NCBI GenBank assembly: GCA_965202585.1 | Contig: OZ241826.1 | Location: 82,522,001 to 82,586,000 of the forward strand | Origin: Thalia democratica | Taxonomy: Eukaryota | Direction: 5' to 3' | Length of the DNA: 64,000 bases | Shown here: piece after piece, positions 13,205 to 32,545 of the stretch | How positions within the stretch are numbered: the first letter of the stretch is position 1 | Layout of the letters: every line of letters starts with the position of its first letter | Program-made: the position numbers and the translations under genes | The notes under the pieces: generated by a model | Told to the model about the DNA's origin: nothing | The model's input: only the letters and a program-made list of their open reading frames with translations | The model's database searches: none

Positions 13205-13750
13205 CAGGCATGGTAAAGTTTGAAAGCAATAATTACACCTGTTTTATCACTATAGTGACTAGAAATATAAAATAAAAAATTACAGCTAACTTTTTTCTTA
13301 TATTTTACATTTTATTAATTTTTAATGTTAATCTTTAATACTTTTGTTGTAACAAACTTATTTCAATGTTAAATTACATAAGTGTTAATTTACAATGTAC
13401 TTTATTATTTAAGCACCTTTTTTTGTAACGGTAATACTTTTCATTAAAACATTTTTACATACTAGCTTAAAAAACATTATTTATAACAAAAAAATAAATT
13501 TGTTCTTCAGTGATTTTTTAGCTTAAAGCTTTAAGAAAGAATAGAAAACTTTTACAACACAAAACTATTTTCTTGTGTAACGTTGCCTTTTATTTAAAAT
13601 TATTATTTATTGACTGTTACTTTTTTTGAATTAACATATTTAAAAAGCTAAATTCATAAGTTCTTCAAAGTACAACTTAAATGTTTTGACATCCTTGTTT
13701 ATAAATAAAAGTTATAAACAACATTATTAGAGAAATATGTCTTATTTATA
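13205..13750 (+). repeat. Diverged interspersed repeat, copy 2 (see 6708-7260)
   Basis: Collinear similarity to 6708-7260. Confidence 0.7.
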
Positions 13751-13962
13751 TTATTTTTTGAGAAGTTTATATTTCGGCATAACAGCTCAAACCGAAGAAG
13801 CTACCACTTTTTTTAGACTAATAATTTTGAAAACAGTTACTATTAATTAACTTGATTGTTTTATCTATTAGTTTTCTGGGCTTGTAATATTAATGTTTAT
13901 TTAATAATTTTTTGTATATATAAAATTTTTGTTTTTACTTCTGTTTTCTGTTATCTGCCAAT

Positions 13963-14030
13963 GCTATCACCAGACTACAAGCCTTCGATAGACTAAGACC
14001 GGTTCTGTTATATAAGGACACATTAGTCAG
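13963..14030 (-). ncRNA. Decayed hammerhead-bearing repeat (same family as 12805 and 56400 copies)
   Basis: Minus strand CTGA-CTAATGT-GTCC-TTATA-TAAC-AGAA-CCGGTC-TTAG followed by TCTATCGAAGGCTTGTAGTCTG, matching the 56.4 kb copy; core heavily mutated. Confidence 0.5.
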
Positions 14031-14620
14031 ACGTTTTCAGTATGTCAAATGTAAACAATTGTTTAAGGGATTATTTTATGAAGAGTTTATAGAAAGTTTC
14101 AGAACATTTAAATTTTTACGTTTTAATAGGTAGTATAACATTTTAGAGTTCCATGTATAACCCTTTTAGTACATCGAGACAAAAAGTTAAAATCATGGTT
14201 TTAGCAGAAGAATCAATTCAATTTAAAATTTATATATTGAGAATATATATATTACATTTCAGGCAGCTTATTAATCTGATCGGTAGTAAAACTTAGTAAC
14301 TGTCGGAATTGATAATATATATTTTTATTTCAATAAACATTTTGAAATGGTATGTTAAGCAGTCATAAAATAAAGACCTTACAAAGAACAAATTTTTTAG
14401 TAAAACTAAAGACTAAAAAACTATATTTAGTGTTAGTTTGTAATTTTTTACATTTCATATTATGGATTTAGTTGTAATATTAGCTAAAAAAATGTGTATA
14501 TAGTGGTTTCATCATATGTTTCTTAATTTAACGTTTAAGAATATAGTTGCAGTGCAGAAATTTTGTTAAAACTGCATAGATTTATAAATTAAATAAACCG
14601 AAAGTTTAATTTTTCGTCAA

Positions 14621-14702
14621 GGTATTATAGCCAAGAGGTTAAGGCGCCGGATTCGTAAATTATTATTATCACAAGTTTTAGGATTCAAATCCATCATTGC
14701 CA
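14621..14702 (+). pseudogene. tRNA-Thr(CGT)-like relic / tRNA-derived SINE head
   Basis: A-box TAGCCAAGAGG, D-stem GCC/GGC, anticodon loop TTCGTAA, B-box-like GGATTCAAATCC, ends GCCA. The anticodon 3' stem is destroyed and the acceptor stem mismatched, so it is not a functional tRNA. Confidence 0.6.
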
Positions 14703-17700
14703 TATTTTATTTTACAAAGTACTTACATGTTTTTTCTTTTTTTTCATAAAAATAAGCATAATTTTTTTTTTTAACTTGAAAACTTAAATATATTAAATAT
14801 TTTTATCACTTTTCTTAAGACTAGCAAAGAGAACTTTATGCAGGTCATACAAAACTGATTACAACTCAAACTTATTACAAAATTTGTAAAATATAATTTC
14901 TTAATAATGTAGAAAGATTTAACATATATACAAAACTGGCTATAAAATAATTATAAATAATAACAATATTTTATACTTTTTATGTAAAATAAGTTACTTA
15001 AAAATTTAGTATTTTTAAATTCAAAACACACCATGTATTTTTTTTAGATAAAACTAACATACCTTTAAAAAACTGACGTATTTAAACTAAAATCAATGTT
15101 TTATACATAAAACATGATATAATTCTTTAGTATTTTTAAGACAAAGTAGAGTGTTTGGTAAGTTTTTTATTATCGGGTAAATAAACAGTTAATAGTTTTT
15201 TTATTTCAAACAATACTCATTTTTGTGTGTTTTTTAAAACCGTAGATGTTTTTAAAGAAGAACTCTTTTATTTCGTTTTGATCTACTTAAATAATAATGT
15301 CCTATTAATAAAAATATTGCTATGTAAATAATGGCAATAACAGTTTTTTATGTAAAGTTGCTTAATAAGACTTAAACTATTAATAAAACTTAAACACATA
15401 TTTGACTAAAATTTTTTAGTCAACTAACTTGTAGTGAGCAGTTAAAACGAGGAAAATTATTTTAGAGGCAATGTTAAAAAAAGCTTAGTTGTTAAGAAAA
15501 ATATTTTATAAAAATATTTAATAAATAGTCGCGCAAAACTTCTACAATTCGTGATAATTGCTTTTCACCTGTCAAACTAAAGCAAATATCATAAGTAAAG
15601 ATTTTCGTTTTTGTCATAAACATAACACTTTAAGTTCGATGGACAACGGTAGAATTTTATGGTTTTTAACTTTAATACAAAAGTTGCAGAGTAAATTAAT
15701 TAGTAACTTTGTCAAACCAAAAAAAAAACGTTTTTTAAATCAAATTAGGTTTTTTATATTCTCTTAGAAAACATTGATCGTTTTAGCTTAGTCGTATGTA
15801 AACAAAAATCTTTTTATAGTTTTTACTTTATAAAATAAAGTTTTATAATTTTTTATCAAATAGAGTGTTGCGAACAAAAAAAAATTAATATAATTATATT
15901 TTATCTTTTTAACTATAAAGTTTTAAGGAAACGCTTGAAAAATTAACCGATTTTTATATTTCAACTTTGGGTTTATTTCTCAGCAATTGGAAAATCATAT
16001 AAATCTTAGATATTTTTTAAATACTAAATGTAAATTAAAATTGTTTCGTAAAATTTTTATATTGTTTTATTGTTAACTAACTGATATATTTATATGTTAA
16101 TTGTATTTATATCTAACTAAACGACCAATTTTAGCAAAAAACGCCTATGGCTGTCATGAACAATTTAATTTTTTTTATAGCTTGATGAAAACTTACTAAA
16201 TTAAACTAAGTGTTTCACTGTGGAAAAAACCATATAAATTAAATTAAAAATAGCTTTATGTTTAAGTAATCATATTTTTTGCTTAAATATCTAACTTATT
16301 TAATAATACTCTAAAAACTTTTGCAGTGTAACATTTTGTTAGTTGTTCATAATATTTTCTCTTATTTTTAATTTAAAAATTGTACAATTTATTTTATAAA
16401 CATGTCAAAACTTTTTACTAGTTATTTGTGATTAGAGTTGGTTTAAGGCAAAATAATATTTATAACTTAAATCAATATTTGCTTTTATAGCGTTAAAAAT
16501 AAGCTACTTAAAAACCAAAATGTTGTTATTTAAACATATTGCGTTAAATGCGAAATAACAACTACAGCTTTTTAAAACTTTAACATTATATGTGAGACAA
16601 AAAACCTGGCTTATAATACTAAATTTAGGATTAAAAATATACCTAGATGTTAATAAACATTTTAAATATCTTAAAATAATTTATAAATTTGATTTGACTT
16701 AACTTTTTAATTGTTTTGTAACGTCAGAAACTAACTTGTAAATACTTTTTACTTTGATGAGTAAAGCAAAATTTTTAGAAGTTAAGTTGTACAAGTGGTA
16801 AAATGTCGTCAAATCTTTACTAATTTAAACATCTTAAAAATAGCAGCAAGTTTTTAACTGTTTAATTAATTTAATTTTATACTAAATAAAGTGTGATACT
16901 ATTAAGTTAATTAACTTATAGTTTTTTAGAGTTGATTTGAAACGAATACATTGACCTTACCTTAAAAACTGCTTACTTTACTGCTATAATTACATTTCAT
17001 TAATTAATTTGTTCTTTTATTGATATTTAAATGTAGCTCTTACAATTAAAAACTTATAAAAATAGAAAACTAAAATATACTTAACATTTTAATGAAAAAA
17101 CGAATTTTCAGAAAACGAAAATATTAGTTCCAAGTCAAGCATACAAAACAACATATTAAGTGGTATACAAGATTAAAAGTAATTCTACCTCTTAAAAATT
17201 GTTAATAATGTTTCAGAAAACAGCAAAAAAATTGTTGTAGTTTTCTTTCAATTAGCTAACTTTTTATAAAAGTATAAACTTTTTAAGAACACCATAACAA
17301 ACACGCAAACCAAAAAAAAATCAGTAAATTTTCCTACACTTTGAACTAAAAACTACAGATAACGAAACATATTAAAACTTAAAATAAATTAAATAATATT
17401 GAATAACAATAAAAGCTTTAAATCATCTTTTGGTTTTTTAATAAAATGTGTACGTTTTATTTAAATTACATTTATACAACACAACTTAACTTAAACAAAA
17501 AATAAAAACTTTAATGAACATAATTGTTAAAATATATTTTAAGCAGCAGTTTACAAGAAACCAAGACGTAATACAACAGCTGCAAAAGTAAAAATTCCAT
17601 TGTTAAGTTTAAAGTTAAACTACTAAAGTTCACATTTATATATTGATTATAAGTTCAAAAAAGTTTAAAACATGGTTAAAAAATAAAAACTAAATTCTAT

Positions 17701-18193
17701 CAAACAATAATTAGGCTTTTGTTGGTTTAAAAATATTGAAAAACTATAATAGTAAACTAAAAGATTTCAATGTCATATAAAATTAATGAGACCAACCATA
17801 AATTTCTCAGAAACAAGTAAAAAAATATATATTTTGAATCAAATATTTCTAATTGGTTTAAGAAAAAAACTAAGAATTTAAAAAAAACATACTATTTATC
17901 TAAGAAATAAACTTAACGTTTTTTATATTTATTTAACTACCAGTATGATGCATTTTAACAACAAAATATTAGAACAAGTAAAAAGAACATTAGTAAACAA
18001 TAAACTTTAAATCAAGCTACAGATAAAAAACTTTTATAAAGCTAAAAAGCTACTAGTTTAACGAAACTTCATAAAAGAACAAATAAAAACTATTTTTGGT
18101 AACCTTTTAAAACTAAAAAAAAACTAATAATTTATATGAGCAATTAATCATATAAACTTAGCAAATTAAGTTAACTTTTTTTTTTAAATGTGT

Positions 18194-25149
<6,956 letters not shown>

Positions 25150-25679
25150 CTAATTATTTAAAATATGAAGCTATATAGATCAAACTTAAATGTACAGTAA
25201 GAAAAATACTATCAATTAATTAATTTTCAAGTAGTTTATATACAATATCTTTGATTAATAGACATAAAAAAATGCTCAAAATATTTGATCCTAGGACCTA
25301 ATGCACTAAAAAAAATTTTGGTTATATGATAAATTAATAATTCTAATTGATATTATGTTACAATAAAATGTCGACAAAATAGTATAGTATTTAAACAAGG
25401 TTAAAAACATTTGTTAGAAAATATAGTAAATGAATACTTGTTAAAGTTATTATAAACTAAAAATTATAACCTTTGTTTTTAACTTTAGACTAGTAGTTTT
25501 AAATTGTAAAACAATTATTAATTGTTTGTATTTTTGTTCAAAATGGTTTTAATTAATAAAAAGACAGTTTAATAGCTCATTTAACAAAGAATAATAAAAA
25601 CAAAAATAAGGACAATCAAACTTTTACAACATTCTCCCAAAACTTTTCATTTAGAAATTATATTTGGAAAATGTATGTA

Positions 25680-26449
25680 CAGTAACCTCTCGCTTATTTA
25701 CGCACATTGTATCCACAGAAAAAAATGCGTAAAGATATGAGAGATCATAAAGATACGAGAGGTACCAAATATACTTACTATAATGGCTGTTTTTTGATAT
25801 CGCTTCTAGTTAAATGCAGACTGGGGACTTTCCCTCTTTTAAAAATTTGTTTACTTTATTTATGAATATGAAAACAAAAGATAAAACTATACACATATTA
25901 AAAACAAAAATTTAAACAAAACTATAATATTCGTAGAAAAATTTTACTAATTTTAATAATAAGTAGATTTAATCTTTATCCTTATTTATTTGTGACTTAT
26001 TTTATACTTAACATCTATAATCTATTCTACTAAGCAAATTTAATTTAAAATTAAGCATTTATTTACAATTAAGAAATGGTGTGATGTATAAGTTAAACTT
26101 TGTTTATATAGCCTTTTACAAAAATATGCATTTGGTGCTGTAATGGATTTCTTCTGTTGAACAAAAATATAAATTTAATCTCTTATTGTTAACAAAATTT
26201 CTGATATACTGAAGTATAACTAAATGTTTATCAATTAGTCAAGGAACATAAGTTTACAAAGTCTAAAGATTAAGAGAGGTGAGTTAGCATTTGAAAACAT
26301 ATTCAAATTGAAAATATACAATAAACCTGATTTGTGCAATATTTAAATAAGTTAAAACTTTTAATTTTTAAATTTTTAAGAATTCCAAAGTGCGTAACTA
26401 AACGAGAGTAAGTAACGTCACGAGTGCGTAAAGATGCGAGAGGTTACTG
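25680..26449 (+). mobile_element. pogo/Tc1-mariner-like MITE (770 bp), TA TSD
   Basis: TIRs CAGTAACCTCTCGC(T/A)T(A/C)TTTACGCAC at both ends (24/26 match), flanked by TA on each side; no transposase ORF. Confidence 0.9.
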
Positions 26450-26596
26450 TAATTACAAAAATATAGTTTTGTCTCGAAATATTTGTGCATAAAAGTAATT
26501 GAATATTCATACATGTATATACTAATATTTAGATATTGTATTTGTAGTGATTTTTGTTCTACTTATTGATGTATTAAGATGATGTATAAAACAATT

Positions 26597-26881
26597 CAGG
26601 GTTTCCTAAAACAGTTCATGGCCCCCTTGGGGATTCTTTTAGAAACTTAAGGGGCCGAAAAAAGCTGCAAAAGGGCTAAAGTGGGGAGGGGGCATGAGGT
26701 TATAATTTTAAATTTACAGTTGTTTAATATTTATCATTTGATATTCTGGAGTTGATGATGAAAAGCAAAAAAAAGTTTTGGGAGTATTAACGGGTAGTTT
26801 TTGAGAATTCTTGGCAGAGGAGACCATAGCTTTTTTATAATTTTTCAATGGGGCCCTTACAAAAAAAGTTCGAAAACATTG
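26597..26881 (+). mobile_element. Possible hAT-like MITE remnant
   Basis: CAGGGTTTCC start, GGCCCCC/GGGGCC/GGGCCC motifs, AAGTTCGAAAACATTG end; no TSD recognisable. Confidence 0.35.
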
Positions 26882-27075
26882 ATCTACACCATAAGTTTTT
26901 TTTACTTTCAAATATTTTATTTATAAGTACTAACTTATAAATAATTTTGTATAACACACTAAACTTGTTCTGAAACAAAAATAAATAAATAAAGGACTAA
27001 AATAATTAGACAGTCAATATACTTACATGTCTCTACTATTCTATTACAAAACAAAAATTTAACTAACTGATTTAC

Positions 27076-28237
27076 CGTGGAAGCAGCATTTTGTCAAACA
27101 GTTCTGAAAATAAAAGTATTATTGCAAGTTAGCTTAAAAAAACTAATGTAATAAATATAATAGCTTTGACTTTTAATAGTTTATTTTAATTTCTAAACAA
27201 AAAGTGTTGTAATCGTAATGATGATTCATCTAAATAAAATTTATTTATTTTAAACGGTTTAAATAAAAACACTAAAAATACTTACTGGAGTTAAGCGCTT
27301 GAATATTCTGTTTAATTGAGTCTGAAAAATACATTTTTATTTTGTGCTTTTATTTTGTATTTTACATCAAAAGTTAAAACTTTAACATTTAATAAACTTA
27401 GTGCATTAATATTTGCAATAGTGTTTGACTTAGAGTGGTGATTCTTACCTTAAGGTGTGGTGGAGATTTTTTCCAAGCAAATGCAAATACAAAAGCCAAG
27501 GACCCCAAAACACAAATGATAATCAGAGCAATTGTGGATCCGTCAGATGACTCGACAACGGCATTTGTCTGTGGTACAACATGAGCGATTTCATTCATCT
27601 GACAAATAGCATAAAATGATTCAACCGGTGAGCAAAATCGCATTTCTAGAATTTCCGAGTTAATTAGTATTAGATAATATGGGCAATCCGTAACAATGTC
27701 ATCGATTTTTTTGAAATGGAACCACTTGTTTTGTTTTGGTCCTAACTTTTGCTCTTTTATTATCAAGTGTTTCAAACGATCAAGTTCATCTCGTCCGTCA
27801 ACTTTTAGGAGCTCCGCATTGTGATCATGACAAATGTTCCCAGGGTCTTCATCTGGGTTCACGATGAAAAACTTGATGTCGTCATTGCTACCTATAAAAC
27901 AAAACAACCTGTGTGTATTGTTACAACTTGTTTCTCTCAAAATTTGTTTTAAAATATATTATGTAAAACAAATGTAAAATATTTTTACTCAACAAATAAA
28001 AGGAATGGTTTCATTTTTAGAGTTTGAAAATTTTTCAAAAGTAGTTCGGTTTTTATTATTATTAAAATGAACTGTTTAACTCATATTAAAATATAAAGAT
28101 ATTAAATAGTTCTCAAAGTGATGCGTGTATGTTTACTTAGTTATGATTAAATCATTTCTAAAAATATAATTACCTTCAGTTGTTTTTGAACATAAACCAG
28201 TTTGAACAAAGAACATAACTGTGAGTATAAACAACAT
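27076..28237 (-). CDS. Type I membrane protein: signal peptide + short C-type-lectin-like domain + TM; 3' end unresolved (may splice onto the kinase)
   Basis: Exons 28237-28174 (MLFILTVMFFVQTGLCSKTTE, signal-peptide-like), 27891-27449 (4 Cys in CTLD spacing: ICHDHNAELLKV..DE, TDCPY, FCSPVESFYAICQ; TM IALIIICVLGSLAFVFAFAW), 27321-27286 (TQLNRIFKRLTP), 27103-27076 (NCLTKCCFH); GT-AG sites with consistent phases. Confidence 0.8.
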
Positions 28238-29958
28238 TGACCTGAAAATGTTATTTTGTTTTTGTTTAATCCAAAAAGTAGATAAATGTTTTTTATTCAG
28301 GAAAGTAAAACTAATTTAGTTAGAAGAAATAAAGCTGAAAAACAAACTATTATTTAACCTTAATTTATGTTTTAGTTAGTTATTTTTTAGAAATATGTTT
28401 TTATAACATACGATTAATTTTAAAACCAATTTATTGCCTAAATCATATCAGAAAATCAATTAAATAGTAAAAAAATTTCACTAGTATGAATAAAAGCAAT
28501 TATTAGGTATAAATTAATTTAAAAATAATTTTATATTATATAAATAAATGTATTTCAAAGCATAATAGCGCCTGCACACTTATTTTTTCTATAGATATTA
28601 TAATTGTGTGAAATATTATTGAAACAAATTAATATCTTTTTAAAAATTTATTTCAAAACTAAAAATTAAAAGTATCAACTACTAAAAACAAAAATAAGCT
28701 AATAATGTTCGAAACGTATAAATTTACGACTCATAAAATTATATTTAAATTAATTGGAAAAACGGTTGTAGTATTTAACTAAAAAGGCGTTGTAACAAGA
28801 TATATTGTTTGTTAATTTAAAAAAAAATATTGAAACTTGAAAAAAAACAACAATACTACTTGAATAAAACAGTTTTAAGAGCATTTACGAAATATTATTG
28901 TTACATTTGAAAAAATAAAACAAAAAAATTAATTAAAAGTATACTACTTTCTATGCTTGCTAGTGGAAAACACGTACAAACTTATAACCAACTTACTTAA
29001 AAAACTATGTATACTTTATTATACAATCTATTTTTCTAAGTTTTTTTTTATATAAAACAAAAAACTTACATTTTTTTCAACTGCATAATTTTTTTGGTGT
29101 TATTTTTAAATATGAGTTTTAAAATATCTGAAAGAAAAACTTATCTGTATAGATGTACAAAAACTTTCATAAAATTGAAAAAATAAAGAAAATTTAATTT
29201 AAGTAGTATGAATTTTAATATAAATAAATAAGTTTATATCTACTATCAAAGAAATTATGACTAATATTTTGTTTATTCAGAAAACGTTTAAAACTTAAAA
29301 ATCCATATTGTTACTGCAACGTACAACTCAGTTAGATCATTGAACAACGTCATACTTACAATACATAATACTTGTAAGTTGTGTAGTTTTTTTTTGTATG
29401 TTATAGAACAAATAGTTTAAACTTACTACTGTTCCAAAAGGTACACGGGTTTAGAAAAAGTATATCAATTGTTTTTATGTTAACATATTTAAACAAAAAG
29501 ATTTTTATTTTGTTTTAGTATTAATGCTTTGTATTTGAATCTGAATTGAATAAAAGGATAATGATTTATTTACATAGAAGAAATTCAAAAATAAAACACT
29601 TGTATTGAAAAGTAATATTTGTTTAGTTTTTTTTTTTGTTATTTAATCTATATACTAATTCTTTAAAAAATAGCTATCTTTTTGTTACTTGTGTTAATCA
29701 TATCTTTTTGTTATACATACTTAAGTTACTACACTTTAAAATACTTTTTTAGTTCATTGGAGTTTACTAAGTGTTTTATAAAAATCTGATTGACTTTGAA
29801 CAAAAACCAAATACCTTTATTCAATCATAATAGAATGCTAATTTTAATAGAAAAAAAAGCTTAACACAAAAATTGTTGTTTTAGTCTAATACTACAAATA
29901 AACTGAACATAAGGCACTAAAAATAAATAATTTAATATATTTAGGTAAGTATTTAAAT

Positions 29959-30651
29959 ATGTCTTGTGAGAATTCAGTCACCACAAAGTCTGGAACGTTC
30001 ACTTTTTTCAATGAATATGTGACAAAATGCCAAGCTGAGAAAAAATGTTGGAAAAGAGGTGAAATTTTAGCACCTATAACTAATCGCAGAGATGCTAACA
30101 AGATCATAGAACTACTCGATTCAAATGTTGGTATACAAGGCTGTAGAATTGTTAGTAACACTATGGCTAGTTTTTGGATTGGCTTGGATATAACTTATAC
30201 TAAGAGTGATCAAGAAAAAGTTTTCTCCAATGGCCTTAAATGGAAAGAACGAAAGCACAGCAAAATTTATCGTGATTTTAATAAGAAGTTCACTGATTGT
30301 GCGATTTCCTTATATATCCCTCCTTTACCAGGAAAAAAATTTGTTTTGACTAAAGAAAGTGATGAGTGTGATTGGACAGCTAAACACTTTTATGCTTGCT
30401 TAAAACCAGCAAATGGTGCGATTGCTGAGTCTTTGGTTGATGAAAAAGAAGATTTTGGAAATGAAAGCAGTGTTTTACATTATGGTGCTGTTCCGGTTTT
30501 TATGCTTGTAGTAGGTAGTTTAATTGGTGTTTTTTACCAAAGCAGAAAAAATGCAAAAGAAAGAGTTGAATTAGCTGAATTAAGAAAACTTCATGGTATT
30601 GAAATGGAAAATAACTATGTAAATAGAGTTTCAAACCGGGGAAATCAATAA
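29959..30651 (+). CDS. C-type-lectin-like domain + single TM protein (230 aa as annotated; signal-peptide exon not found)
   Basis: ORF with C..A...C....EILAPI, FWIGL, VFSNG..W, DCA, CD.....ACL motifs; hydrophobic segment GAVPVFMLVVGSLIGVFY followed by basic residues and a short tail. Confidence 0.85.
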   Translation: MSCENSVTTKSGTFTFFNEYVTKCQAEKKCWKRGEILAPITNRRDANKIIELLDSNVGIQGCRIVSNTMASFWIGLDITYTKSDQEKVFSNGLKWKERKHSKIYRDFNKKFTDCAISLYIPPLPGKKFVLTKESDECDWTAKHFYACLKPANGAIAESLVDEKEDFGNESSVLHYGAVPVFMLVVGSLIGVFYQSRKNAKERVELAELRKLHGIEMENNYVNRVSNRGNQ

Positions 30652-32311
30652 AAACACAAAAACAAGTTCTGCATTCTTTTAAAATATTAGTACCATAGAG
30701 GTCAAAAAAAGAAGTTTTCTAGTTCTAAAGGATTTTTAAACATTGCTATGGTTTTAAGTTGTGTTTAAGTTAAGACAACTATTTGGCTATCAAAATTGCA
30801 TTTACTGTTGATTTATGCTAATACTTTTTTTGTAAAATTGATTTTATGTAAAGTAAATAAATTAATTTCAACTTATAGTTTAACCTGTATATGTATTACA
30901 TAAGTTTAAAGATTTATAAGTATTTTTTTATAATACAAATGACTGGGTTTTATTGTAAATTTAGACAAGTTTCTTTTTATAAGCTAGTGTTACTGATAAA
31001 AAAAATAATTCAAGTTTATATACTATTTCAAAGCCTGCTTAAACTATTTTTTATTTTGGAATAAACTAGTTTACAAATTCTTGCAAAGGTTTATAACTGG
31101 AAAGCCATTGTTTCATAAAAATATCTTAATGATTATTAATTACGTTCAGTACCATATTTACATTTAATAATTTTTGATGAAATCTGTTTTTATAAAATAA
31201 GATATAATACAACTTAATAGATAAACTACAAAGATTAACTATATAAATAGTACAACAATAAAGATTATAAGATAAGTTGCTTGTTATACAAACTTAAACA
31301 CTTAATTGTTTAAAATGAGCTAAATTAGATATTTAACTAAACAAGAATTAATCATAATTCAATAAAAAAAATTATTAGTCTTTTTACACTACAAAGCTCA
31401 CTTTATGCAATAAAGTATAAAAGTTAATTAAAATTAATTTGTTTCACTAAAATTATTAGTAAATTACAACTGTTATAGGTTTGTATTAGGATATTAAATA
31501 TGATATAATTGAAAAATAGTATATTGTACAAATGTCTTTTATAATTAAATAAAAAATCTGTAAACTATCAATTTGTTTTAACTTACTTTAGTTCATTTTA
31601 TTTTTTTAAATCTCGAGGCGGTATTAATAGTAAAAATATCAAACCTAACTATTTACATATAAAACAATAATTAGTAGGTTTATTATATTCAATAACTCTT
31701 ATCTATTCCATAACATCATAAACATATTTAAAACCTATAAAAACGAAAAAAAATCGCTTCATTGCGTTAAACTTTAATAGTTTTATTTTAAAGTAGATAT
31801 AAACCTAATAGATCAGTTTAAATTGGTACATCCCATATATAGGTTTAAATTGTAAGTGCCTAAAAGTATGTCAAGAAACATTTTTTTACTTATAAATTGA
31901 AAAATTTAATAGAAAAAATAGAAAAGTTTTAATTTTTGAATATATATCAAGTATCAAAATCATGTATTGACATTATACAGTTTAAACAGTTTTTATTTTT
32001 AGAAAAAACCATAGATTATAAAATAAATTAACAAAACTATTTCAATAAACATATAATTTTTAGATGATTAAAAGTCAAATTTTAAGTGGAACATTTCTCA
32101 AGACAGCAGTTATACATTTTCTAATTATATTCTAATATTATATTAATAGTTTTTTTTATTATCTTAAAATATAAAGCTATGCACCAATACCAGTTTATTA
32201 ATTTGCAGTATTTCAAAAACAATTACTAATTAAATTACTTAAGGTTTATCAGTATGCTTTGGTACCCCCTCCCCATTTGAGTACAACTTTGTTTGCAATT
32301 ATGTTAAAAAC

Positions 32312-32545
32312 TTATATCCAAGCCAATTCAAAAACTAGCCATAGTACCACTAATAATTCTACAGCCTCTTAAATTTGAATCAAGTAGTTCTATGACCTTT
32401 TTAGCATCTCTGCGATTAGTTATAGGTGCTAAAATTTCACCTTTTTTCCAAAAAATTTTCTCAGTTTGGCATTTTGTCACATATTCATTGAAAAATGTGA
32501 ATGTTCCATAATTTGCAGTGACTAACATTTTACAGAACATTTTAC
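32312..32545 (-). pseudogene. Inverted, truncated pseudogene copy of the 29959-30651 CTLD gene
   Basis: High nucleotide identity to ~29990-30200; TGG>TGA in the FWIGL motif, conserved Cys>Phe (KKC>KIF), 6-nt deletion; similarity stops after GLDI. Confidence 0.85.
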
